This document shows, piece after piece, positions 1 through 10,440 of a stretch of DNA of 64,000 bases. Both the position numbers and the translations under genes were made by a program. The stretch's first letter is position 1. Each line of letters begins with the position of its first letter. The notes below the pieces were generated by a model. The model ran no database searches and had not been told where the DNA came from. It worked only from the letters and a program-made list of their open reading frames with translations. Origin of the DNA: an uncultured Actinomycetes bacterium (GTDB lineage: Bacteria; Actinomycetota; UBA4738; JBBDTT01); assembly GCA_963742735.1 (NCBI GenBank), contig CAVUMN010000003.1:416001-480000 (forward strand). Direction: 5' to 3'.

Positions 1-1366
1 TCCCGGCAGTCGACGCCGATACCCACGCGTACATCGACACCGGGGGCCGCGACACGAAGTTCGGCACCCCGATCGAGGGGGGCGTCGCGCTGCAGGCGCT
101 GAAGCTCGCCGAGTCGCTGCCCGGTCTGGACCTCCGGGGCATCCACGTCCACGTGGGCTCGCAGCTGGTGGGTCCCGAGGCGCACCTGGGCGGGGTGGAC
201 GCCGCGCTCGACCTGCTCGCCGAGGCCCGGGACGCGCTCGGTCGCGAGCTGCCGGTACTGGACGCGGGGGGCGGGTTCGGCGTCCGCTACACCGACGAGA
301 CGCCCCCGGCGGCGGCCGAGTTCGCCGCGGCCATCCACGCCCGTGTGATCGGAGGCGCCGCGGCGCGGAGCCTCGCCGAACCCGCGCTGATCGTCGAGCC
401 CGGCCGGGCGATCGTCGCCAACCCGGTCCTGACGCTGTACCGGGTGGGTGTGATCAAGGACCTGCCCGGCGTGCGAACGTACCTCTCGGTGGACGGCGGC
501 ATGAGCGACAACATCCGGCCGGTGCTGTACGGCTCGCGGTACACGTTCGCCCTGGCCAACCGCCGGGGCGATCAGGCGACGCGCGAGTTCGCGGTCGCCG
601 GGAAGCACTGCGAGAGCGGCGACGTGCTCGCCTACGACGTCCCGCTGCCGGCCGACGCCGCGCGCGGCGACCTGCTCGCCGTCGCGGCCACCGGAGGCTA
701 CGCCTACGCGATGTCGAGCAACTACAACCGGCTCGGCCGGCCGGCGGTGGTGGGGGTCCGCGACGGGCGGGTTCGCCTGCTGCTCCGCCGCGAGGACCTG
801 TCCGACCTGGACCGCCTGGAGGTGGACGAGTCACCGTTGCCCGAGGCGGCCGTGCCCCCGGGCGTGGAGGTCCGTCCGGCGAAGCCCGGCGACGCCAAAG
901 GGTTCCTCGAGTTCTGGAAGGAGATCGTGGCCGAGGGCGAGCTGGTCCGGTCCGAGACCGTCACCCTGGACGTCCGGGAGCAGCGCCGCCGCTACGCGGC
1001 GGGATGGGGCCCCGCCGGGGCGTCGGTCCTCGCCCTGGACGGGGACCGCGTGATCGGGTGTCTGACGCTAGACCGCGAGGTCCACCCGGTCCTTCGCCAC
1101 GTGGCCGAGCTCGGGATGTCCGTCGCGGTCGAGTGGCGGCGCAAGGGCGTGGGCGCGGCCCTGATGTCCGAGGCCTTCCGCTGGGCCCGCGAGTTCGGCG
1201 TGGAGAAGCTGACGCTCGGCGGTCTACACCGACAATCGCCCGGCGATCGGCGCTCTACGCCCGGTTCGGGTTCGTGGTGGAGGGCCGGCTGGCGGGGCAG
1301 TCGAAGAAGACGAGTGGCTACAGCGACGAGATCCTGATGGCCCGGTGGGTGGGGGAGCGGCCGTGA
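1..1366 (+). CDS. lysA: Diaminopimelate decarboxylase (5' end outside window) fused to C-terminal GNAT acetyltransferase; one frameshift near 1220
   Basis: HVGSQ, GGGFG, EPGR, GKHCESGD, GGYAYAMSSNYN motifs; same frame continues into GNAT motif A (WRRKGVGAALM); GNAT end (ALYARFGFVVEG...EILMAR) in the 1004..1366 frame. Confidence 0.9.
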   Translation, partial: PGSRRRYPRVHRHRGPRHEVRHPDRGGRRAAGAEARRVAARSGPPGHPRPRGLAAGGSRGAPGRGGRRARPARRGPGRARSRAAGTGRGGRVRRPLHRRDAPGGGRVRRGHPRPCDRRRRGAEPRRTRADRRARPGDRRQPGPDAVPGGCDQGPARRANVPLGGRRHERQHPAGAVRLAVHVRPGQPPGRSGDARVRGRREALRERRRARLRRPAAGRRRARRPARRRGHRRLRLRDVEQLQPARPAGGGGGPRRAGSPAAPPRGPVRPGPPGGGRVTVARGGRAPGRGGPSGEARRRQRVPRVLEGDRGRGRAGPVRDRHPGRPGAAPPLRGGMGPRRGVGPRPGRGPRDRVSDARPRGPPGPSPRGRARDVRRGRVAAQGRGRGPDVRGLPLGPRVRRGEADARRSTPTIARRSALYARFGFVVEGRLAGQSKKTSGYSDEILMARWVGERP

Positions 1367-2656
1367 ACGAAGGCGTCGTTCGTGTCGGGCTGCTGGGGTG
1401 CGGCCACGTGGGGTCGGCGGCGGCCCGGATCCTGCACGACCACGCCGGCGACATCGAGCGCCGCGTCGGCGCCAGGATCGAGGTGACTCGCGTGGCGGTG
1501 CGCAACCTGGCCCGCGAACGGGACGTCCCCGTGCCGCACGACCGCTTCACCAACGACCCGCACTCGATCGTGCGCGGACCCCGACGTCGACCTGGTGGTG
1601 CGAGGTCATCGGCGGCATCGAGCCGGCCCGCACGCTCATCCTTGAGGCGTTCGCCGCGGGCAAGCACGTCGTCACCGCCAACAAGGAGCTGCTGTCCACG
1701 CTCGGCCGCGAGCTCTTCGACGCCGCCGAGGCCGCCAAGGTCGACCTGTACTTCGAGGCCGCCGTCGGCGGCGGAATCCCCCTGATCCACCCGCTGAAGG
1801 AGTCGCTCGCCGGCGAGCGGATCCGCAAGGTCATCGGCATCGTCAACGGGACGACGAACTACATCCTCACGCGGATGACCGAGGAGGGCGTGTCCTTCTC
1901 CGAGGCCGTCGCCCAGGCCCAGGGCCTGGGGTACGCCGAGCGCGATCCCTCCGCCGACGTCGAGGGCTACGACGCCGCGGCCAAGCTGCGCGATCCTCGC
2001 CTCGATCGCGTTCAACGCCCGCGTCGTCGCCGGCGACGTCTACCGCGAGGGGATCGCCGACGTCGGGGCGCAGGACATCGAGTTCGCCGACCGGCTCGGC
2101 TACGTCGTGAAGCTGCTGGCGATCGCGGAGCTCGAGGACGGAGAGATCGCCGCGCGCGTCCACCCGGCGATGATCCCCAAGGAGCACCCGCTGGCCGCCG
2201 TGCGCGACTCGTTCAACGCCGTGTTCGTGGAGGGCGAGAACGTCGGCGAGCTGATGTTCTACGGGCGGGGGGCCGGCGGCGCGCCGACGGGGACCGCCGT
2301 GGCCGGCGACGTGGTCGACGTCGCCCGCAACCTGGTCAACGGCGGGCGGGGCGTGGGGTGCACCTGCTACGACGAGCGACGCGTCCGGCCGATGGACGAG
2401 ATGCACAGCCAGTACTACCTGCTGCTCGAGGTGGCGGACCGGCCCGGCGTGCTGGCCTCGGTGGCGAGCGCGTTCGCGAACAACCTGCGTCTCGATCAAG
2501 AGCGTGTGGCAGGAGGGGACCGGCGAGGAGGCCCTGCTCGTGATCATCACCCACCGGGGCAACGAGGCGGCCTTCCAGCAGACCGTCCACGACCTCCGCG
2601 AGCTCGACGCGGTGAGCGCGGTACGCAGCCTGATGCGCGTGGAGGGCGTGGAGTGA
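1363..2656 (+). CDS. hom: Homoserine dehydrogenase with C-terminal ACT domain (several frameshifts)
   Basis: VGLLGCGHVG, VVTANK, FEAAVGGGIP, GIVNGTTNYIL, GYAE.DP..DV.G.DAA.K, GRGAGG.PT, ADRPGVL spread over frames 1345/1398/2107; GTGA overlaps at both ends. Confidence 0.92.
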
Positions 2657-3721
2657 GCGCCAGCGCACCGTGGCGGGGGATCATCGCGGAGTACCGGGAG
2701 CGCCTGCCCGTCACCGACGCGACCCCGGTGGTGACCATGCAGGAGGGAGGCACGCCGCTCATCCGCTCGCGCGGCGCTGTCCGAGGAGACCGGGCGGGAG
2801 GTCTACCTGAAGTTCGAGGGCGCCAACCCGACGGGCTCGTTCAAGGACCGGGGGATGACCCTGGCGATCTCCAAGGCCCTCGAGGAGGGCTCGCGGGCGG
2901 TGGTGTGCGCGTCCACCGGCAACACGAGCGCGTCCGCCGCGGCGTACGCGGGACTGGCCGGCGCTGACCTGCGCGGTCCTGGTCCCCAAGGGCCGGATCG
3001 CCCTGGGGAAGATGGCCCAGACCCTGGTCCACGGCGCCCGCGTCCTGGAGGTGGACGGGAACTTCGACGCGTGCCTCGAGGTGCGCGCGGGTCCTGGCCG
3101 ACCGCTACCCGGTCACCCTGGTGAACTCCGTGAACCCGTACCGGCTCGAGGGCCAGAAGACCGCGGCGTTCGAGATCTGCGACGCGCTCGGCCGAGCGCC
3201 CGACCTGCACTTCATCCCGGTCGGCAACGCCGGCAACATCTCGAGCCACTGGATCGGGTACTCCGAGTACGCGAAGGACGGCGACGATCGACGGTCCGCC
3301 CGCGCTGTTCGGGTTCCAGGCCAGCCGGCGCGGCGCCGATCGTCCGGGGAGAGCCGATCGCCAGACCCCTCCGACGATCGCCACCGCGATCCGCATCGGC
3401 AACCCCGCGTCCTGGGACCTGGCGGTCGACGGCCGCCAAGGACTCCGGCGGGGAGATCTCGGCGGTGACCGACCGGGAGATCCTGTCCGCGTACCGGCAG
3501 GTGGCGCGCGAGGGCGTGTTCTGCGAGATGGCGTCCGCGGCGTCCGTGGCCGGGCTGCTGCAGCTCCACGCGCGACGGGAGGCTCCCTCCCGGCGAGGAC
3601 CGTCGTCTGCGTCCTCACGGGCCACGGCCTGAAGGACCCGGACTGGGCGATCGCCGGCGCCGGCAAGCCGCCGGTGCTGCCGCCCGACGCGGACGCCATC
3701 GCCGCCGACCTCGGGCTGTAG
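2653..3721 (+). CDS. thrC: Threonine synthase (several frameshifts)
   Basis: [65 protein letters not shown]; hom-thrC-thrB order. Confidence 0.92.
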
Positions 3722-3725
3722 ACCG

Positions 3726-4605
3726 ATGGGCGACTACCGGGTCAGCGTCCCGGCCACCGTCGCGAACCTCGGGCCGGGGTTCGACTGCTTCGGCATGGCG
3801 GTCGACCTGGCAACGAGGTCCTCGTCGAGGCTGGACGGACCGCCGGGGATCGAGGTCGCGGGGCGAGGGCGCGGGCGAGCTCGCCGACCGACGGCTCCGG
3901 GAACCTGATCTGCCGGACGATGACGTTCCTGGCGCGCGGAGCTGGGGGGCACGTGCCCCGACGCTCCGGCTGGTCTGCGAGAACCGGATCCCCCTCCAGC
4001 GAGGCCTCGGCTCGTCGTCCGCCGCGATCGTCGCCGGGCTGCTCATCGCCGACCGGCTCCTGGACGCGAACCTCGGGACCGGCCGCCTGCTGGAGCTCGC
4101 CGCGGACCTGGAGGGCCACGCCGACAACGTCGCCCCGGCGCTCCTGGGCGGCGTTCGCATCGCGTATCTGCTCCAAGGACGGGCTGGCGGACCGAGGCGC
4201 TCGCACCCGCACGCCGCCCTCCGGCCGGTCCTGCTGATCCCGCTCGAGGAACGGCTTCCGACCGACGACGCCCGCCGGGTCCTTGCCACCCACGTCCCCC
4301 GCGGGGACGCGACCTTCAACTTGTCCCGAGTGGCCCTGCTGGTGGTGGCCCTCACCGAGCGTCCGGAGCTGCTCGTCGATGCCCTCGAGGACCGCCTGCA
4401 CCAACAGGCGCGGCTGCCGCTCGTCCCCGCCTCCCGGGCGGTGTTCGAAGACCTCCGCGAAGCCCGCGTTCCGGTGTGCGTCGCCGGCGCCGGCCCGGCC
4501 CTGCTCGCGTTCGAGTCGGACGACCGGCCGGTGAAGGACATGGGTGCGTCGTGGCGGACGCACCGCGCCACGATCGCCGGCGGGGCGTCGATCCGGGAGG
4601 CGTAA
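3726..4605 (+). CDS. thrB: Homoserine kinase (several frameshifts)
   Basis: VPATVANLGPGFD, GLGSS, EGHADN, EDRLHQ, AGAGP GHMP-kinase motifs. Confidence 0.9.
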
Positions 4606-4610
4606 CTCCC

Positions 4611-4616
4611 TACACT
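4611..4616 (+). promoter_or_regulatory. -10 element (TACACT) of a probable leaderless transcript
   Basis: TANNNT 7 nt before ATG 4624, no SD. Confidence 0.55.
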
Positions 4617-4623
4617 GGCCGCG

Positions 4624-6818
4624 ATGGACGATCCCGTCGCCGATCGCCCTCAGATCCAGGCCTCGCAGGTCGTCGTCGCCGACGTCACCAGCAAGGTCCT
4701 CGCCACCAAGGAGGGCGAGACCTTCCTGTACTGCGACACCGAGGGCAATCTGGACGACCGCAAGGAGCTCGGGCTCGGCCTGTACTACAAGGACACGCGC
4801 TTCCTGTCCCACTTCCGGATGCTGCTCTCGGGGCGGGAGCCCGTCCTGCTCTCCTCGTCGTCCGAGCGCGCCTACATGTCGTACGTGGACCTCACCAACC
4901 CGGACCTGTACGAGGGCGAGGAGGTCGCGGTGCCCCAGCAGACCCTCAACGTCCGCCGGATCCGGACGATCAATGGGCGGCTGTTCGAGCGGATCCGGAT
5001 GAAGAACTACAACCCCTTCCCCGTGCGGGTCACGGTGGAGCTGTCCCTGGGGGCGCGACTTCGCCGACATCTTCGAGGTCCGCGGGCTCAGCCGGCACCG
5101 GCACGGTCGCCACGAGCCGCCGGTGGCCGAGCGGCCGGACCGCGGAGTTCGCATACACGGGGATCGACGGCGTTCGGCTTCGCACGCTGGTCGAGTTCGG
5201 GAGCGAGCCGGAGCACGTCGAGGTTCGCGGCGACGTCGTGCACGCCCGCTTCGTCGTGCATCTGTCCGGCCACCAGACGAAGCTCGTGTCGATGACGGTC
5301 GCGCCGATCGGTGGGCGAGGTCGCCCCGCCGACCATGGACTTCGACGTCGCCGTCCACGACCTCCGCCGGTCCTACGAGGACTGGGAGCGCGAATCCACC
5401 CAGATCACCACCGACAACGAGCTGTTCGACCAGCTCCTCACCCGTGGGCATCCGCGACCTTCGCGCGCTCTACACGGCGATGGACGGCGGCCACATCATC
5501 GCGGCCGGCATCCCCTGGTACGTCACGGTGTTCGGCCGCGACGCCCTGATCGACCGCGCACCAGCTCCTGATGGTGAACCCGCAGCACGCGCGCGAGACC
5601 CTCCGAGATCCTGGCCGACCTGCAGGGAACGAAGGAGGACCCGTGGCGCGACGAGGAGCCCGGGAAGATCCTCCACGAGATCCGCCGGGGCGAGCTGGCC
5701 CGGGCGGGCGCGATCCCGCACACGCCGTACTACGGCGCGGTCGACTCGACGCCCGTGGTTCCTGATCCTGCTGCGCGATGTACTTCCGCTGGACGGGCGA
5801 CCGGGAGTTCGCGAAGGCAATGCTGCCCGGCGGCCGAGGCGGCGCTGCGCTGGATCGACGAGTACGGCGACCGCGACGGCGACGGATTCGTCGAGTACCA
5901 GACGCGCTCGCCGCTGGGGCTGCGCAACCAGGGATGGAAGGACTCGTGCGACTCGGTCGTCCACGCCGACGGGCGGCTGGCGGAGCCCCCGATCGCGCTG
6001 GCCGAGGTGCAGGCCTACGTCTACCTGGCCAAGGCGCGGATGGCCGACGTGTACGAGGCGCTCGGGCGAGCGAGTCCCGCGCGGACCAGCTCCGTGGGGA
6101 GGCCGATGATGCTCCGCGCCCGGTTCAACGAGGCGTTCTGGATGGAGGACGAGCAGTACTTCGCCGAGGCCCTCGACGCCGACAAGCGGCCCGGTCCGCA
6201 CCGTCACCTCGAACCCCGGGCACGCGCCTGTACTGCGACATCATCGACCAGGACAAGGCCGAGCACGTCGCCCGTCGGCTGCTCGCAGCCCGACATGTTC
6301 TCGGGCTGGGGGATCCGGACCATGAGCAAGTCGGCCGCCGCGTACAACCCGATGAGCTATCACAACGGCTCGGTGTGGCCGCACGACAACGCGTTGATCG
6401 CGGCGGGGCTGAAGCGGTACGGGTTCCACGAAAGCCACGACCGCGGCTGGCCACGGCCATCTTCGACGCCGCCATCCACACCGACTACATGCGGCTGCCC
6501 GAGCTGTTCTGCGGGTTCACCCGGCGAACGCCGAACCGGCCGGTCGGCTACCCGGTCGCCTGTTCACCCGCAGGCCTGGGCCGCGGGATCGCCGTTCCTG
6601 CTCCTGCAGGCGATGCTCGGCGTCTCGGCCCGCGCCGCACGAGAACCTGCTCACGGTGAACAAGCCCGCACCTGCCCCCGTGGCTGAACCACGTCGAGCT
6701 GCGCAACCTGCGGGTGGGCGACAGCCGCATCTCGATCGTGTTCCGCCGCGAGGGCGAGGTCACCGGCTTCTCCCTCATCCAGAAGGAGGGCGACGTCCGC
6801 GTGGTGATGGAGGAATAA
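4624..6818 (+). CDS. Amylo-alpha-1,6-glucosidase / glycogen-debranching-type (alpha/alpha)6 glycoside hydrolase (several frameshifts)
   Basis: GLYYKDTRFLS, AAGIPWY.T.FGRD, EEPGKILHE, NQGWKDS, YNPMSYHNGSVWPHDN, RLPELFCG, PQAWAAG. Confidence 0.85.
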
Positions 6819-8379
6819 CCTCCTCCGGGCCGGCCAGGATGACCTCCCGGCCGGCCGCGAGCAGCACGTGCACCCCCCGGCCGCGAAGGTCCTCGATCGC
6901 GGAGGCGTCGAGCTCCTGAGGCGCCGTCCACCGCATGGCCGCCCAGTCCCGGCCGCCGAGGTCGAACGTCCTGCGAACCAGCTCGTCGGTGGCGGCCGCG
7001 GCGAAGGCGGCGGCGGCAACCTGGGTCGCGCTGAGCGCCGCGTCCACCCCGAACGTCGTGCGCACGCGGTCGGCCAGGACGTCGTCGAACACCCGGGCCA
7101 CGGTCCGGATCGACGGGTTCAGTCGCCGGGCCTGCACGCAGGCGCCCAGGTTCGCCAGGTCGTCGTCGGTGCAGGCGAACAGCAGCGAGGCTCGTGCGAT
7201 GCCCGCCCGCTCCAGGTTCTCCAGCAGCCGGACGTCGCCGATCAGGACCGGCGCGCGCTCCGCCACGGGGCCGGCGAAGCGGGCGTGCGGGTCGCGCTCC
7301 AGAACCACGGTGGCCACGCCCATGTCCCTGAGCAGCCGCTCGATCCGATAGCCGACCGTTCCGAGCCCGAGGATGATCGCGTGGCCCCGCATCCGGCGCG
7401 CCCGGCGCCCCATCCGGACGTCGAGCCGATTGGCGGTGGCGATCGACGCCAGCTGCGAGAACACCACGCCGACCAGCGCGGCGCTGATCAGCATCGAGCC
7501 GACCCCGAACACCTTCAGCCAGGCATCCGACTCCTCGAGGCCGGGATCGCCGAACGCCGTCCGCACGGCGGCGTAGAGCGCGTCGATCGGTCCGAGGTCG
7601 AGCGCCGCCGCGAAGACGATGACGTTGGTCAGCAGGATCAGACCGAGTCCGGCGGCGGCGTACGGCAGCAGCGTCCTCGGGCGCGGTCCGCCCCGCTCGC
7701 GTTCGGCCTTCGGTCGGGCGCGAGGCGCCGCCGGCAGGTCGGCGTCGGCGAAGGCCAGGGCCAGGACGTCGCGCAGCGGTCCCCCCACCACAGTCTCCTC
7801 GCCGGCGGGGATCTGCCCCGCGACCTCGGTGACCGGTTCCCACACGCCCGTCCCCAAGTCGCGGGCGACCAGCGCGAGACCCGCGGGGAGGGCCCGGACC
7901 CCCGACGCGCGCAGCCGGACGAGCGAGACGTCCTCGTCGCCGAGGCGCAGCGTGTGGAGGACCTCGTCGGCGAGCGCCGCGGCGACGAACGCCGGCGCGG
8001 CGAGCCGCGACATCGAGTATGCCCGGCGAAGGTTCGCCGCCTGGCCCAGCTGGGTCGTCAGGACGGGGTCGAACGATCGAACCACGAGCGGGACGCCGGG
8101 GGCGAGCGCGGTGGCGGCGAGCGACGCCTCGAGGTTCACCCGGTCGTCCTCGGACAGCGCCAGGATGCAGTCCGCGCTCTCGGCGCCCGCGGCGCGGAGG
8201 GACTCCTCCGGGTCCACCGCCGCGACCGCCACCCGAACGCGCGGGGGCAGCAGCCGCGCGAGGGACTCCGTGCCCTCCTCGGCCACGACGATGACCTCGG
8301 GGTCGCCCTGCTCCATGAGGTTGCGGGCCACCCGCACGGAGAGCCGGCTGAGGCCGAACAGCACGAAGCGGCGGTCCAT
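6775..8379 (-). CDS. TrkA-N/RCK domain potassium channel-like protein (RCK - 2TM pore - RCK)
   Basis: Start MDRRFVLFG at 8379 within ORF 6775..9738; two Rossmann-like RCK domains (ALSEDDRVNL; GLGTVG...TDDDLANL) flanking two TM helices and a degenerate pore (AVRTAFGD). Confidence 0.8.
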   Translation of the reverse strand: MDRRFVLFGLSRLSVRVARNLMEQGDPEVIVVAEEGTESLARLLPPRVRVAVAAVDPEESLRAAGAESADCILALSEDDRVNLEASLAATALAPGVPLVVRSFDPVLTTQLGQAANLRRAYSMSRLAAPAFVAAALADEVLHTLRLGDEDVSLVRLRASGVRALPAGLALVARDLGTGVWEPVTEVAGQIPAGEETVVGGPLRDVLALAFADADLPAAPRARPKAERERGGPRPRTLLPYAAAGLGLILLTNVIVFAAALDLGPIDALYAAVRTAFGDPGLEESDAWLKVFGVGSMLISAALVGVVFSQLASIATANRLDVRMGRRARRMRGHAIILGLGTVGYRIERLLRDMGVATVVLERDPHARFAGPVAERAPVLIGDVRLLENLERAGIARASLLFACTDDDLANLGACVQARRLNPSIRTVARVFDDVLADRVRTTFGVDAALSATQVAAAAFAAAATDELVRRTFDLGGRDWAAMRWTAPQELDASAIEDLRGRGVHVLLAAGREVILAGPEEVIPPSPRGRRPPSG

Positions 8380-9566
8380 CAGAGGCAGGGGCCGGTGTCG
8401 ACCTCGTTGACGTTGCCGCTGGCCTCGTTCACGCGTTCGAGGATGTCGATGGACAGCAGTGCGTAGCCGATGTTGTCGTCGGTTGTGGACGCCGCGAACA
8501 CCACCCCGGCCACCTCGCCGCTCACCAGGACGAACGGGCCTCCCGAGTTCCCGGGGCGGATCCGGGCCTGGAGCTCGTACACCCGCCGGTCGACCTTGCC
8601 CTTCCCGTAGATGTTGCGCGTCTCGGTGTTCCGTACGAGTCGCACCGCCGCGGCGCCCCTGGTCAGCGGCCCGTTCTCCGGGTAGCCGAGGACGGCGCCC
8701 TTGTCGCCACGGTCGACCTCGCGATCCAGCAGCTCCAGGACCGGCCCCGGGTTTTCCTGGACACGGAGGATCGCCACGTCCAGCCCGGCGTCGAACAACA
8801 CCGTGGTCGCCGTGACCTGGCCCTCGACGCCCTGCTCCTGGATGTACGGGTCGTCCACGCCCGCGACCACGTGGGCGTTGGTCACGATCAGCCCGTCGCC
8901 CGCGACGAACCCCGAGCCTTCCTGGATCGCGCCGCAGGCCTCGCCCAGGACCTTGACGGTGCTCCTCTCGGCGCCCTCGGCCGCGCGGGCCACCTCGCCC
9001 TGGGTCGGCCCCTTGACGGGGCCGGCCGGCGCCGGGGGGAGGCCGCTGAACACCTGCGGGAACCCGAACGTGTTCAGGAAGCTCCGGATCTGGGTGAGCA
9101 ACGAGGGCGGCGGCGGCATCAACCGGTCGAGACCTCGGACGACGACCGAGCCCTGGATCTCTCGAGAGACCGCCGGGATGGGGCCGCTGGCGAGGTTCAG
9201 CGCGATCAGCCAGGTCGCCAGGAGCACCGCGACCACCGCAACGAACGACCCGGCGGCCGAGTCGACCTTCGACAGCCGGCTGGCGCGCGCCGCGGCCCAC
9301 ACCTTCCGGCCCACGACGAAGCCGGCCGCGTCGCCGATCCCCGCGATGGCCAGGAACGTCCCGAGGGCCAGGGCCGCCTGCATCGTCTGGCTCTCCGCCA
9401 GGCCCGCGACCTTCGGCGCCAGGAGGGCGCCGAGCAGCAGGCCGGCGATGAGGCCGGTGTACGTGACCAGCTGCAGGGCCGCCCCGCGGCGGAAGCCCCC
9501 GAGGACCGCGAGCACCACGAGGCCGACGATCAGGAGGTCGACGAGGTTGAGCCCCAGGAAGGCCAT
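8379..9566 (-). CDS. marP: MarP-family membrane serine protease (CvpA-like TM domain + trypsin-like domain)
   Basis: N-terminal 4 TM helices; GSGF, TNAHVV, DVAIL, GNSGGP catalytic triad motifs; C-terminal Cys. Confidence 0.85.
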   Translation of the reverse strand: MAFLGLNLVDLLIVGLVVLAVLGGFRRGAALQLVTYTGLIAGLLLGALLAPKVAGLAESQTMQAALALGTFLAIAGIGDAAGFVVGRKVWAAARASRLSKVDSAAGSFVAVVAVLLATWLIALNLASGPIPAVSREIQGSVVVRGLDRLMPPPPSLLTQIRSFLNTFGFPQVFSGLPPAPAGPVKGPTQGEVARAAEGAERSTVKVLGEACGAIQEGSGFVAGDGLIVTNAHVVAGVDDPYIQEQGVEGQVTATTVLFDAGLDVAILRVQENPGPVLELLDREVDRGDKGAVLGYPENGPLTRGAAAVRLVRNTETRNIYGKGKVDRRVYELQARIRPGNSGGPFVLVSGEVAGVVFAASTTDDNIGYALLSIDILERVNEASGNVNEVDTGPCL

Positions 9567-9574
9567 GAGCGGGT

Positions 9575-9600
9575 ATCGTGCCACGCCCCGCGGGTACACT
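9575..9600. promoter_or_regulatory. Back-to-back -10 elements for divergent leaderless genes (marP and the metallophosphoesterase-cpgS-pgk2 operon)
   Basis: TACACT 9595-9600 is 7 nt before GTG 9608; CACGAT on the minus strand (9580-9575) is 8 nt before ATG 9566. Confidence 0.5.
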
Positions 9601-9607
9601 GGAGTGC

Positions 9608-10407
9608 GTGACGACGATCGCGCACATCTCGGACCCCCACGTCGGATCCCCGTACTTCGTGCCCAACCTGATGAACCGGGTGATCGTCGAGATCAACGAG
9701 CTCGAGCCCGACGCCGTCATCTGCACCGGCGACTTCACGACGTTCGGCTATCGCCAGGAGTTCAAGAACTGCGGCGGCGTACGTCGAGCGGATCAAGGCG
9801 CCGGTGTGGTCGGTCCCGGGCAACCACGACGCCCGCAACGTGGGCTACGTGCACTTCGAGGAGCTGATCGGTCCCCGCCACTGGGCCCAGGACGTGGGGA
9901 ACGTGCGGATCGTCGGCGCCGACACCAGCGAGCCGGACCTCGACGAGGGCCAGATCGGGCGCGAGCGGTACCCCTGGCTCGAGGAGCAGTTCGCGGTCCC
10001 CGCCGAGCTCAAGATGCTCGTGATCCATCACCACCTGATCTCGCTCCCCGGCACCGGACGCGAGCGCAACATCGTCGATGACGCCGGCGACCTGCTGGAG
10101 CTGCTCATCACGAACGGCGTGCAGCTCGTCCTGACCGGGCACAAGCACGTCCCGTACGTGTGGCGGCTCGAGGACATGTACATCGCGAACGCCGGGACCT
10201 GTTCCTCGCTGCGGCTGCGCGGACATACCCGGCCCTGCTACAACGTGATGGAGTTCGACGGCGACGAGGTGAAGATCTTGCGGCGGTACCCGTTCGGCGC
10301 GCAGACCCTCGTCGCGCACTGGTCGCTCTCGACCGGCCGAGCAGCACTACCGCGAGCTCGACACGCTGATGCGTCGAGGCACGGAGGCTCCGATCCGCGC
10401 GGACTGA
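9608..10407 (+). CDS. Calcineurin-like metallophosphoesterase, CpdA/Icc-like (frameshifts near 9770 and 10335)
   Basis: HISDPH, TGD, PGNHD, HHH, GHKH metal-binding motifs. Confidence 0.88.
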
Positions 10408-10440
10408 GCCTCACCGGAACGACAGGAAGGGCCCATCTCC

